DNA of 64,000 nucleotides from Vicinamibacterales bacterium (GCA_035647075.1 DASROF010000173.1:14721-78720), one strand, 5' to 3'. Shown: positions 21,899-31,114, counted from the stretch's first letter. Numbers and translations are program-made. Notes: generated by a model not told the origin, from the letters alone.

Positions 21899-22981
21899 CT
21901 AGTCGCCGAACGATACTCCCATCGCGCGAGCAGTTGTCAGCAGGTCGTAGTCGAGCGGCACGGTCTTGAACTTCCCCACCACCCCCCCGAGCGGAACCGG
22001 AACCAGGTCCGGCGGGTGATTGGCCACCATCTTCCCGAACTGCCCCTTCAGGACGAGCTCGACGGCCTTCCCGCCGAACCGCGTCGCCAGGGTGCGGTCG
22101 AAGGCCGTCGGCGTGCCGCCACGCTGGAGGTGGCCAAGTACGACAAAGCGCGTCTCTTTTCCAGTCAGCTGCTCGAGCCTTTTCGCGACGCGCACGCATT
22201 CCCCGCCCAGCCGTTCGACGTGCCCGTCGTGCGCTTCTTCGATCAACGCGGCCTTCTCGTCCCTGGCATGTGCACCCTCGGCCACGACAACGATGCTGAA
22301 ACGGGCGCCCCAGGCGTCGCGGTTGCGCAGACATTCCGCCACCTTATTCAGGTCGTAGGGGATCTCGGGGATCAGGATGACGTCGGCGCCACCGGCCACG
22401 CCGCCGTGGAGGGCTATCCAGCCGGAGTAGCGACCCATGACCTCCACGACCATGATTCGACGGTGCGCCTCGGCTGTTGAATGCAGTCTGTCGATCGCCA
22501 AGGTCGCGAAGTCGACCGCCGTATCGAATCCGAAGCAGCTCGTCGTCCCCACAATGTCGTTGTCGATCGTCTTGGGAACGCAGACGAGCGGAATCCCCTT
22601 CTTGTAGAACTCGTACGAGATCGCCAACGTACCGTCGCCACCGATGCAGATGAGCGCATCCAGTTCCATCTTCTGGAACATCTCGACAACACGATCGGCG
22701 TAATCGAAGGTGCCTTGCGGCGTGGCGATCGGCTCGGCGAACGGATCTCCGCGGTTGACGGTGCCGAGGATCGTTCCGCCCAGACGCAGGATGCCGGTGA
22801 CATCGCGCGGCGTGAGGATGCGCGACTTCTCGGGATAGATGAGCCCGTCGAAGCTGTCTTCCAGGCCCACGACTTGAACCTTGGAGTTGTGCGCCGCCTT
22901 GACGACGGCGCGGATGACTGCGTTGAGACCGGGCGCATCACCGCCGCCGGTGAGAACGCCGATTTTCTTGATAGTCGGCAT
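21899..22981 (-). CDS. pfkA: 6-phosphofructokinase (PfkA family, phosphoryl donor not assignable by eye)
   Basis: IGVLTGGGDAPGLNAVIRAVV, ICIGGDGTL, VPKTIDNDI. Gly at the GGDG position together with Lys in PKTIDND gives mixed ATP and PPi determinants. Confidence 0.9.
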   Translation of the reverse strand: MPTIKKIGVLTGGGDAPGLNAVIRAVVKAAHNSKVQVVGLEDSFDGLIYPEKSRILTPRDVTGILRLGGTILGTVNRGDPFAEPIATPQGTFDYADRVVEMFQKMELDALICIGGDGTLAISYEFYKKGIPLVCVPKTIDNDIVGTTSCFGFDTAVDFATLAIDRLHSTAEAHRRIMVVEVMGRYSGWIALHGGVAGGADVILIPEIPYDLNKVAECLRNRDAWGARFSIVVVAEGAHARDEKAALIEEAHDGHVERLGGECVRVAKRLEQLTGKETRFVVLGHLQRGGTPTAFDRTLATRFGGKAVELVLKGQFGKMVANHPPDLVPVPLGGVVGKFKTVPLDYDLLTTARAMGVSFGD

Positions 22982-23083
22982 CGCGTGAGGCTTCTCAGAT
23001 TGTCGCCTGATTGGACGGGTCGGCAGTCCGCCTTCGCGGCTGGCGCCGACATGGCGCGACAGCCTCTCCTCGCCGGCCTGCCC

Positions 23084-23118
23084 AGCCGAAGCCCGGAAGC
23101 GAAGTCAGCGAGCGAAGG
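23084..23118. repeat. Degenerate heptamer array (about 5 x 7 nt, RGCSGAR on the + strand) abutting the tRNA-Ala 3' end
   Basis: agccgaa gcccgga agcgaag tcagcga gcgaagg. Confidence 0.45.
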
Positions 23119-23119
23119 C

Positions 23120-23195
<76 letters not shown>

Positions 23196-23292
23196 TAATG
23201 GAATGAAATGAGGGCGCGGCTGCCGGGCAAGCGTCTCGGCCGCACGCGCAAAATCGAGTTTACCACGCCACCTGACCTGTGGACCGCCATGG

Positions 23293-23766
23293 CTACTCAC
23301 GCGCGCGCTCGAACGTCAGGTACACGGGCGCGGCCCCGAGGAACATCAGCATGCCGAATGTCCCCCAGCCGGCGCGATTGATCGCGATGAAACGGGCATG
23401 CTCTCCCGGCTGCAGCACGACGTCGTGGGTCTTCCAGAAGAGCGTGTTGTGGGCGCGGATGCGATGCGGACCGGCCGGCAACTCGTGCGAAATCGTGTCA
23501 CCGTAGCGCAGCATGCCGACGTCCTTACCGTCGACTTGTACAAAGACCTCACGGAAGCCGACGTCTTCGTTCGCCTCGCGGCTGACCGTGATGCTCGCAA
23601 CGAAGTTCGAACGACGGGCAGTCCTGACGAGGTCTGCACCGAGGCGGCTCCCTGGTGGTTTCGGAAGTGCGATTGCGTCGCGAAGCTCGAAGAACACGAC
23701 GACACATCCTACCGAATCCTGCGCTGGAAGGAAGCTCGACGGGTGTGGGCAGCATGATTGCACCAC
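23293..23766 (-). CDS. Hypothetical protein with a C-terminal TM helix (start uncertain)
   Basis: ORF ends ..AGWGTFGMLMFLGAAPVYLTFERARE. GTG 23697, preceded by AGGA, is a plausible alternative start. I recognise no motif. Confidence 0.4.
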   Translation of the reverse strand: MVQSCCPHPSSFLPAQDSVGCVVVFFELRDAIALPKPPGSRLGADLVRTARRSNFVASITVSREANEDVGFREVFVQVDGKDVGMLRYGDTISHELPAGPHRIRAHNTLFWKTHDVVLQPGEHARFIAINRAGWGTFGMLMFLGAAPVYLTFERARE

Positions 23767-23814
23767 ACTCCGATGGAGCGCTCGCGGCTCGAGCGCTTCA
23801 GCTGGAGGAAGAAA

Positions 23815-24075
23815 ATGGCCATTCTTGGATGGATCGTGTTCGGCCTCGTCATTGGCGCGCTTGCCAAGCTCGTCATGCCGGGCCGTGATCCTGGCGGCAT
23901 CATCGTGACCATGCTGCTCGGCATTGCCGGCGCCGTGCTCGGCGGATTCCTCGGCCGTGTACTCGGCTTCTATCGGGAGGGCGAGGCGGCCGGATGGATC
24001 ATGTCGTTCGTCGGCGCGGTGGTGCTACTCGGCATCTACCGGATGGTGATGCATCGCCGGACCTTGACCCCGTAG
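23815..24075 (+). CDS. GlsB/YeaQ/YmgE family small membrane protein (transglycosylase-associated)
   Basis: MAILGWIVFGLVIGALAKLVMPGRDPGGIIVTMLLGIAGAVLGGFLG.. is typical of the family. GGAGGAAG lies upstream of ATG 23815. Confidence 0.8.
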   Translation: MAILGWIVFGLVIGALAKLVMPGRDPGGIIVTMLLGIAGAVLGGFLGRVLGFYREGEAAGWIMSFVGAVVLLGIYRMVMHRRTLTP

Positions 24076-24099
24076 ACGGCGGCAGGCAGGCAAGACACA

Positions 24100-25434
24100 A
24101 TGCTGGTTGGCTGGCCGTCTCCATTGACGGTCACCCTTCCAGTGCCGCCGATATCGACCCGTATCCCGCTCGGGCGCGCGTATATGCTCGCGTCGGGCGC
24201 CATGCGCGAAGCAGAGCGCGTCGGTCTTCCGGCGCGCTCAATCACTCCAATCGGCGGCTTGCGCCGGTACGCGCCCGCGATCAGTGATGTCTCGCTCCTC
24301 GCGGTGGCGCCGACATCGGACCATCCAGAACTGCTGACCCGGTTCGCCCGGCTTCCCGCCGTCGCGGCTATCCTCTCGCGTTCACTGTCCCACGTGACCA
24401 TCGCCAATGAGCGTGGAGCCATCACCTTACACGTGGCCGTACCTGAAGAGGCCGGATCCGCGCTGGTGTGGCACACCGGGTCGCTTGCACACACAACCCA
24501 GCTGCAGGCGCGTGCGCAGCGGATGGGCTTCGCGTTTGAAAGCGGACGTCTCCTTGATCGCCATGGCCAGCCGATGATCACCGAAACCGAGGAGCGCTTC
24601 TACGAGCACCTCGGCTTGCCGGGCATCGCACCAGAGCTACGGGAGGGCATGGACGAGATTGCGGCCGCAGAACGTGGCGACCTGCCGGGCCTGGTCAGCG
24701 CGTCGGACATCCGCGGCGATCTCCACATGCACAGCACGTGGAGCGACGGGCGGGACACCATCGATCAGATGGCCTTCGCCAGCCTACGACTCGGGTACGA
24801 GTACGTGGCAATTACCGACCACTCAGAGCGGTCGCTGGCTTCGCGGCAACTGGCAGCGAAGGACATCGCCCGCCAGCGCGCGGACATCGGCAAGGTGCAG
24901 TCGCGAGTGAAGCGGCTGGAAATTCTTCACGGCATCGAGGTCGATATCATGCCGGACGGGTCGCTCGACTTCGATGACGAACAATTGGCCGGGTTCGACA
25001 TCGTTCTGGCCTCGCTGCACGATCATGCCGGACACGACGGGGCGATGCTCACGGAACGATACCTGCGCGCGATTCGGCATCCGCTGGTCAATGTGATTAC
25101 GCATCCGGCCAACCGCACGCCCGCGCGGTCCGAGGGTTACAACGTGAACTTCGACGTGCTGTTCGCGGCCGCGGCGGAAACGGGCACGGCCATGGAGGTG
25201 GACGGCGCTCCAGGGCACCTCGATTTGGATGGAACGCTCGCGCGACGCGCGGTTGCCGCTGGTGTGACGCTGGTGATTGACAGCGACTGCCATCGCTCCG
25301 ACGGGCTGGCCAGACAGATGCGATTCGGTGTTGGTACGGCCAGGAGGGGATGGATCGAGCCGGCCCACGTCCTGAACACCCGCGGCCTCGAGGAAGTGCG
25401 CTCGTTCATCGCAAGGAAACGTGCGCGGAAATAA
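24100..25434 (+). CDS. PolX-derived PHP-domain phosphoesterase with a truncated, catalytically degenerate polymerase core
   Basis: The C-terminal PHP motifs are intact (DLHMHSTWSDG, ITDHS, GIEVDI, SLHD, ITHP, DSDCH). The N-terminal roughly 190 aa align with the PolX palm and thumb, but GDIDIL is replaced by SDVSLL, and the 8-kDa and fingers domains are missing. Confidence 0.75.
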   Translation: MLVGWPSPLTVTLPVPPISTRIPLGRAYMLASGAMREAERVGLPARSITPIGGLRRYAPAISDVSLLAVAPTSDHPELLTRFARLPAVAAILSRSLSHVTIANERGAITLHVAVPEEAGSALVWHTGSLAHTTQLQARAQRMGFAFESGRLLDRHGQPMITETEERFYEHLGLPGIAPELREGMDEIAAAERGDLPGLVSASDIRGDLHMHSTWSDGRDTIDQMAFASLRLGYEYVAITDHSERSLASRQLAAKDIARQRADIGKVQSRVKRLEILHGIEVDIMPDGSLDFDDEQLAGFDIVLASLHDHAGHDGAMLTERYLRAIRHPLVNVITHPANRTPARSEGYNVNFDVLFAAAAETGTAMEVDGAPGHLDLDGTLARRAVAAGVTLVIDSDCHRSDGLARQMRFGVGTARRGWIEPAHVLNTRGLEEVRSFIARKRARK

Positions 25435-27358
25435 GGGGCTCGTCGCCGTCGTGGTCGCGACGATCGCCTTCTCCGTGTACGCCCGAACGCTGTTACCTGG
25501 CGTCGACCTCGGCGACACCGGCGGGTTTCAGGCCGCCGTGCTCTGGCCCGAAACCAGCGCCCGTCAGGCCTACCCTCTGTACTACGGACTCGCGCGGCCG
25601 TTTGTGCAGGCCGTCAGCCCTGGCAATCCCGCGCGCGGATTGAATCTCTTCTCCGCCGTCTGCGGCGCACTGGCGGTCGGCCTCATTACCTACTTCGCGG
25701 CTCTGCTGACCACGAGCCTCGCGGCCGGCGCGATCGCCGGAGTGTTCCTGGCCTTTTCACACACGTTCTGGACGCAATCGATCATCGCCGAGGTGTACGC
25801 GCTCCACATCGCGCTCATCGCGTGCTGTCTGCTGGCGCTCTACGCGTTCAAGGCGCGCCCCTCCAACCGCCGGCTGGCACTCTTCTTTGCCGTGTACGCG
25901 ATCTCCTTCGGCAATCACCTGTCGATGGTCCTGCTCCTGATCCCGTTCACGCTCTTCCTCTTTGCGGTACACCCACGACCGCGCGACCTGCTGCGGCCGC
26001 GCACGATCGCATTGGCGGCCGGCATCGCCTGCGCCGGCACACTGCTCTATGCGCCTCAGTTTCTATTCGTATGGACGAACATCGATGCGCCGCCGAATTG
26101 GAGCGACCGTGTAGCCACCTTCTGGTTCGACGTCACGAAGGCGGATTGGCGCGCATCGATGATGGCGGGCGTCGATCGCAGTGAATTGGCCGACCGCGTC
26201 GCGATGTGGGCGTGGGACGCCCGGCTGCAGTTCGGCATTGGCGGCGTGCTGCTGGCCGCAATCGGCGCACTGCGGTTGTGGACTGTGTCGCGACCGTGGG
26301 CGCTCCTCCTCGTCAGCGCGTATGCGATCAACACGTTATTCGCCATCACCTACAACGTGGGCGACCCGCACGTATTCTTCCTTCCTGGCCATGTCCTGAC
26401 GGCATTGGCTGTCGCGTCGCTCTTTGCGAGCCACAAAGGGCTGTCGAGACCGCTATCGATCGCCGCGACGGTCGTCCTCTTGGCGTATGCCTCGTGGTGC
26501 GGGTGGGACATGTGGCCGAGCGCGGACCGTCACGCCGATCGCCGGGCTGATGCGCTCGTAGCACGAGTCGCTGCTGGTGTCACCGATATCAACGCCGTGC
26601 TCGTGTCGGATATGGACTGGCAGGCGGAAAACGCGCTCCTGTACTCGGCGCGGTACGAGCGCCGGCAGCTCGCGTGGCGCCGTGCAGCAGAAGTGCTGCC
26701 ACACCTGCCGTTTCTCGTGCACGACAACCAGATGATCGGGCGCGATCTGGTGGTCGCCGCAGACGCCGCAGCGCGCGTCACCGCTGCGTACGGACCTCTC
26801 TTCCCGTTGATTCCTGATGTCGTTCCGGCCGGAATCGCCGCGCACGCAGCAGCGATACCACGCGGCACACCGTATGTGCTGGTCCTCCTCGCGCCGACCG
26901 GCAACGAACACCTCGACGCAGATGACTTCGACACAGCCGTGACAACGCTCGCCGGACCGACTGCCCACGCACGAACCCGGGCGCAATTTCAGTTCTGGGC
27001 TGGTCTTGCCGGAGAGCGCAATGCGACGTATGAGCAATCGGATCGGCCGTTCAGGAAGGCGTTCGCGATACTCGGCGATCCGTTTTCGATTCGAATGGAG
27101 GCATGGCTCCCGTTCGAGACCTTTCGTCGGGCAGGATTCGGACATGTCCTGCGCGGGCGCGAGCATGTGCTGACCGTCGAACGCGGCGTCAGCCTCGTGT
27201 CATTCGAACGCGACGGCACTCCGGCCGTGGCGTACGCGGCCGGCCTCTATGCGCCCAGAGCCCGTTTCCGCATTCCCGCTCTCATACCTCAGCAGGTGGC
27301 TGACGGCTCGGGTGCTATTCTCAAGACAGCGCCCTCATTGCTCGAGGCACGCCATTAA
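25421..27358 (+). CDS. Polytopic membrane protein, DUF2723-like (putative GT-C glycosyltransferase)
   Basis: 645 aa with about 10 TM helices followed by a soluble C-terminal region of roughly 250 aa. The N-terminal LPGVDLGDTGGFQAAV resembles the DUF2723 signature. Overlaps the upstream gene by 14 nt. Confidence 0.6.
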   Translation: MRGNKGLVAVVVATIAFSVYARTLLPGVDLGDTGGFQAAVLWPETSARQAYPLYYGLARPFVQAVSPGNPARGLNLFSAVCGALAVGLITYFAALLTTSLAAGAIAGVFLAFSHTFWTQSIIAEVYALHIALIACCLLALYAFKARPSNRRLALFFAVYAISFGNHLSMVLLLIPFTLFLFAVHPRPRDLLRPRTIALAAGIACAGTLLYAPQFLFVWTNIDAPPNWSDRVATFWFDVTKADWRASMMAGVDRSELADRVAMWAWDARLQFGIGGVLLAAIGALRLWTVSRPWALLLVSAYAINTLFAITYNVGDPHVFFLPGHVLTALAVASLFASHKGLSRPLSIAATVVLLAYASWCGWDMWPSADRHADRRADALVARVAAGVTDINAVLVSDMDWQAENALLYSARYERRQLAWRRAAEVLPHLPFLVHDNQMIGRDLVVAADAAARVTAAYGPLFPLIPDVVPAGIAAHAAAIPRGTPYVLVLLAPTGNEHLDADDFDTAVTTLAGPTAHARTRAQFQFWAGLAGERNATYEQSDRPFRKAFAILGDPFSIRMEAWLPFETFRRAGFGHVLRGREHVLTVERGVSLVSFERDGTPAVAYAAGLYAPRARFRIPALIPQQVADGSGAILKTAPSLLEARH

Positions 27359-27368
27359 CTGGTCGACC

Positions 27369-28019
27369 ATGACTCGCAGCCTTCTCGTTCTTCTCGCCCT
27401 CACGGTCTCCGCCGCGCTTCCCCTGGCGCAGACACAGCGATTACCCGATGCGCTCGCGAAAGACCTGCAGGCACGGTATCAGTTGATCCGCGACTTCTCC
27501 GCTGATTTCGTTCAGAGCTACCGTGCCGGCGTTCTGAAGACACAGACCCGGGAGAGCGGCAGAGTGTCGGTGAAGAAGCCGGGCAAGATGCGGTGGACGT
27601 ATGCGAAGCCCGAACGCAAGGAACTCGTGTCCGACGGCCGGCGGATGTACTGGTACGTCCCCGACGACAAGCAGGTGATCGTGCGAGACGCCACGACGCA
27701 GGCCACCACGCCGGACCTCTTTCTCAGCGGCCGCGGCGATATCGCCCGTGACTTCACCGCGACCTACGTCGACCCGCCGATCCCGGGGACGCTAGCGCTC
27801 AAACTCGTCCCGCGACGTTCTGAGCCTGAATACGAATATCTGGTGCTGGCACTCGATCCCGCGACGTTGCAGATCCGTGCTCTGACCACTCGCGATCATC
27901 AGGGTGGAGAGTCGACGCTGACTTTCACCAACATGAAGGAGAATCGCGGGCTCTCCGATAACGACTTCGTCTTCAAGGTCCCTGGTGGCGTCACGGTTGT
28001 GACCGACGCGGCACGCTGA
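27369..28019 (+). CDS. lolA: Outer-membrane lipoprotein carrier protein LolA-like
   Basis: Signal peptide MTRSLLVLLALTVSAALPLAQ, then F.ADF.Q....G......G...VKKPGKMRWTY..P...LVSDG..MYWY.P, which is a LolA pattern. Confidence 0.8.
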   Translation: MTRSLLVLLALTVSAALPLAQTQRLPDALAKDLQARYQLIRDFSADFVQSYRAGVLKTQTRESGRVSVKKPGKMRWTYAKPERKELVSDGRRMYWYVPDDKQVIVRDATTQATTPDLFLSGRGDIARDFTATYVDPPIPGTLALKLVPRRSEPEYEYLVLALDPATLQIRALTTRDHQGGESTLTFTNMKENRGLSDNDFVFKVPGGVTVVTDAAR

Positions 28020-28091
28020 TTTCCTGCGCAAGCAGGCCATTCGCTCGGCCTCCGCTGCGCTATATTCGTCTCGCTTCGGCCACGAGGACGC

Positions 28092-29822
28092 ATGCCGAGT
28101 TCTGCGAGACGAATCGCCAAGGTTCTGCATCCCACGACAATCGTTGAAGACGGTCCTGCGAACAGCAACCGGGCCGCCGTCATCGTCTGCCACGGAATGG
28201 GCCAGCAGATTAAGTGGCAAACGCTGTGCGAGCTCGTCAGCTCGCTGACACGCGCGCATGTCCTCAAGCCGGATACCGAAGTCGCTGTGCGGCAGGTGCG
28301 GTTCAAGAGCATCGCCGAGCACGCGCCGCTCGGCGGTGAGCGCGAGATCGGCGAGCCGTTCTTCCTCGGGCGGGCGGAGGCCACGCTGCAGATGCCCGGA
28401 CAGCCTGGCGCCAGCCGCGACGTCCACATCTATGAAGCCTACTGGGCGCCGTTGACCGAAGGGCGCATCACACTGATTCAGACGATCAGGTTCCTGATCG
28501 ACGCGGCACTGAAAGGCATCCGGCACTCGTTCCGCACCATCGCACGCTACGACGGCGTCTCCGGCGTCGGCGATCCGCCGATCGTCGAACGCCCGCGTCC
28601 GTATCACACCGTCCTCTGGCTCCTCGGTCTCCTGCCGATCCTGTTTTCTGTGATGGCGATGAACCTCGCCATTACCGTTGCGCAGGTCCGCCGGCTGCTC
28701 ACGGACAGCGGAGGTGTGACGAGATCGCTGCTGGCGGCCCTGACCGGAGACTTATGGACGTTTGAGCTGATCCTTCTCGGGGCGTTCCTCGCATTCCGCG
28801 CGGTGCTCACGTGGCGACGCGCGGCACGCCAACATTCCTCATCGTGGCACCTGCCGGACGTGGCGAGCTGGACCCTGTGGGCCGTGGCGGGATTCGTGGC
28901 GGTGGCGTGTGTGGCGACAGGCCTCTTCGTCATTCCCGCGCACTACTGGACACATCAGGGTCCACAGCCGTACACACCTGGGCCACTCGAATACGCTCTG
29001 CTCCGCTGGCCGGCGGACGTCGCCCAGCGAGCGATCGCAGAGCTCTTCACACGCATCAATGATGCAGGCGTGCTGCGCACGACCGCCGACGAACGACCGT
29101 GGCGCGCGCTGCAGACGCACGCCCTCTTCGTCTGGGGCGCGATCCTGTACGCCTCCGTTCGTGGCCGCCGAATCCTCGTCGAGTATGTCGGCGACGTGGC
29201 CATTTATGTCGCGTCGCACACGCTCAGCACGTTCGATCAAGTACGCGACGACATCAAGGCCCTCACTCGTCACGTCGTCTGTGCGATCTATCAGCAGGGC
29301 CGATATGAACGCGTGATCATCGTCGGGCACTCCCTGGGCTCATTGATCGCGTACGACGCGCTCAACGGCGCGATGCTGGCCGATTCGCTGTCCGGCACCT
29401 ACGGTACCGAGCGCACGCGACGGTTCGTGACGTTCGGTTCGCCCCTCGACAAGACGGCGTTCATCTTCCGTGCGATCGACGCCGTGAAGGCGCCGTTTCG
29501 CGAAGGCCTGGCGGCCAGCGTCCAGCCGCTCCTGATCTACCGGCCGTCGCCGCGGACGACGTTTGACTGGATCAACCTGCGGTCGCCGCACGACGTCATC
29601 AGCGGCAGACTGGATCTGTATCCGCAAGTCGACAATCGATTGGATCCGCAAGCTGACACGCCCCTCTGGGCGCATGTCCAGTTCTGGTCGAATGAGCTGC
29701 TCGCGGAGACGATTGCCGAAGCGTGCGTGGACAATCCGCCAGGATGGCCGCCGGCGAGGCCGATTCCGGGCTACGAAGTCGCTTCCGACGATGGTGTGGC
29801 CACGCAGGTTCGGGCGGTGTGA
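28092..29822 (+). CDS. Alpha/beta-hydrolase-like protein interrupted by a multi-TM insertion
   Basis: AAVIVCHGMGQQ (oxyanion HG-type strand) lies near the N terminus. About 4 TM helices fall between residues 180 and 360. The nucleophile elbow VIIVGHSLGSLIAYD and FVTFGSPLDK lie near the C terminus. GAGGA sits before the ATG. Confidence 0.6.
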   Translation: MPSSARRIAKVLHPTTIVEDGPANSNRAAVIVCHGMGQQIKWQTLCELVSSLTRAHVLKPDTEVAVRQVRFKSIAEHAPLGGEREIGEPFFLGRAEATLQMPGQPGASRDVHIYEAYWAPLTEGRITLIQTIRFLIDAALKGIRHSFRTIARYDGVSGVGDPPIVERPRPYHTVLWLLGLLPILFSVMAMNLAITVAQVRRLLTDSGGVTRSLLAALTGDLWTFELILLGAFLAFRAVLTWRRAARQHSSSWHLPDVASWTLWAVAGFVAVACVATGLFVIPAHYWTHQGPQPYTPGPLEYALLRWPADVAQRAIAELFTRINDAGVLRTTADERPWRALQTHALFVWGAILYASVRGRRILVEYVGDVAIYVASHTLSTFDQVRDDIKALTRHVVCAIYQQGRYERVIIVGHSLGSLIAYDALNGAMLADSLSGTYGTERTRRFVTFGSPLDKTAFIFRAIDAVKAPFREGLAASVQPLLIYRPSPRTTFDWINLRSPHDVISGRLDLYPQVDNRLDPQADTPLWAHVQFWSNELLAETIAEACVDNPPGWPPARPIPGYEVASDDGVATQVRAV

Positions 29823-29823
29823 T

Positions 29824-31083
29824 CTACTCGACCTTGGCGACCTGCGCGCCCAGCGAGACCAGCCGTTGCACGACGTTGCTGTAGCCGCGCTCGACGGTCT
29901 CGAGCGGCGCGACGCGGGTTTGGCCCTCCGCCGCAAGACCGGCCGCAATCAACGACATCCCGGATCGCAGGTCGCGACTGTCCAGGATTCGCCCTCCGCG
30001 CAGACGCGTCGGCCCTGTGACGATGATGCGATGGGCATCGGCAAGGAACATATCAGCGCCCATGCCGCTCATCTGCTCGAGTGCGAAAAGCCGCAGCTCG
30101 TACATCCAGTCGTGGACGAGCGTTCGGCCTACTGACTGCGTGGCCAATACCGTCACCAGGCTGACGAGGTCACTCGGAAAGGCCGGCCACAACCCGGTCG
30201 TGATTCGACGGACCGCGCGTGGCTTCGACGGCTTCACCGTGAACACGCCATCGCGCATCCCGCACTCGACGTTCATCCGCTTCAGCACCGACGCGACGAC
30301 TTCGATGTCCTCGTCGCGGGCGCCTTCGATGGCGATCTCTCCGCCGGTAATGGCCGCAACGACCGCCCAGCTGCCCGCTTCAATGTAGTCGCCACCAAGG
30401 CATTGCTGTGCGCCCGCGAGCTTGCCGACCCCTTGGACGCGCAGCCTGGAACTGCCGATGCCCGACACTTCGGCGCCCATCTTCGTGAGGAACTCACACA
30501 GTTCGACCACGTGCGGCTCTGTCGCCGCATTGCGGATTTCGGTCAGCCCCACCGCTGACGCCGCCGCCAGCAGCACGGTCTCTGTCCCGGTCACCGACGC
30601 CTCTTCCAGGTACATCGACGCCGATTTCAGGCCATCCGGAGCGTGCAGAGCGTGGTCAGGCCCGCCGTCGTCGTGCGCGCCCATCGCCAGCAACGCCTCG
30701 ATGTGTGTGGAAATCGTACGGCGTGCCGGAAAATCTCCGCCGGGCGGGGCGATGTGAGCCCTGCCGGTCCGCGCCAGCAGCGGGCCGAGCAGAAGCACTG
30801 AGCCGCGTAGACGGCCGACAAGTGAGCGGTCGGGCACGTGCGTGCGAATAGACGGCGTCCGGACACGCAGCGTCGTGGTGCCAATGCCTTCGACCTCGGC
30901 GCCGATGTCCAGCAGCAGGCGCGCCATCACCTCGACATCGCCGATTCGCGGGACGTTCGTGAGGACACATTCCTGGTCCGTCAGCAGACACGCCGCGAGC
31001 AACGGGAGCGCGGCGTTCTTGTTGCCCTCGACGGACACGCGGCCTTCCAGCCGGTGGCCGCCTTCGATCAGAAGACTCGACAT
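29824..31083 (-). CDS. murA: UDP-N-acetylglucosamine 1-carboxyvinyltransferase
   Basis: 419 aa starting MSSLLIEGGHRLEGRVSVEGNKNAALPLLAACLL, with MurA-like sequence throughout. Confidence 0.95.
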   Translation of the reverse strand: MSSLLIEGGHRLEGRVSVEGNKNAALPLLAACLLTDQECVLTNVPRIGDVEVMARLLLDIGAEVEGIGTTTLRVRTPSIRTHVPDRSLVGRLRGSVLLLGPLLARTGRAHIAPPGGDFPARRTISTHIEALLAMGAHDDGGPDHALHAPDGLKSASMYLEEASVTGTETVLLAAASAVGLTEIRNAATEPHVVELCEFLTKMGAEVSGIGSSRLRVQGVGKLAGAQQCLGGDYIEAGSWAVVAAITGGEIAIEGARDEDIEVVASVLKRMNVECGMRDGVFTVKPSKPRAVRRITTGLWPAFPSDLVSLVTVLATQSVGRTLVHDWMYELRLFALEQMSGMGADMFLADAHRIIVTGPTRLRGGRILDSRDLRSGMSLIAAGLAAEGQTRVAPLETVERGYSNVVQRLVSLGAQVAKVE

Positions 31084-31114
31084 CGTCGCACCTTCGCCGT
31101 CCGTTCACACACGT

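Noticed and set aside
23255-23280. SRP-RNA-like string (- strand ..CCACAGGTCAGGTGGCG..) in the spacer upstream of tRNA-Ala.
   Set aside because: Only a short resemblance to the CAGGTCAGGTCC portion. The conserved GGAAGCAGCC domain IV motif and the complementary 5'/3' helix are absent.
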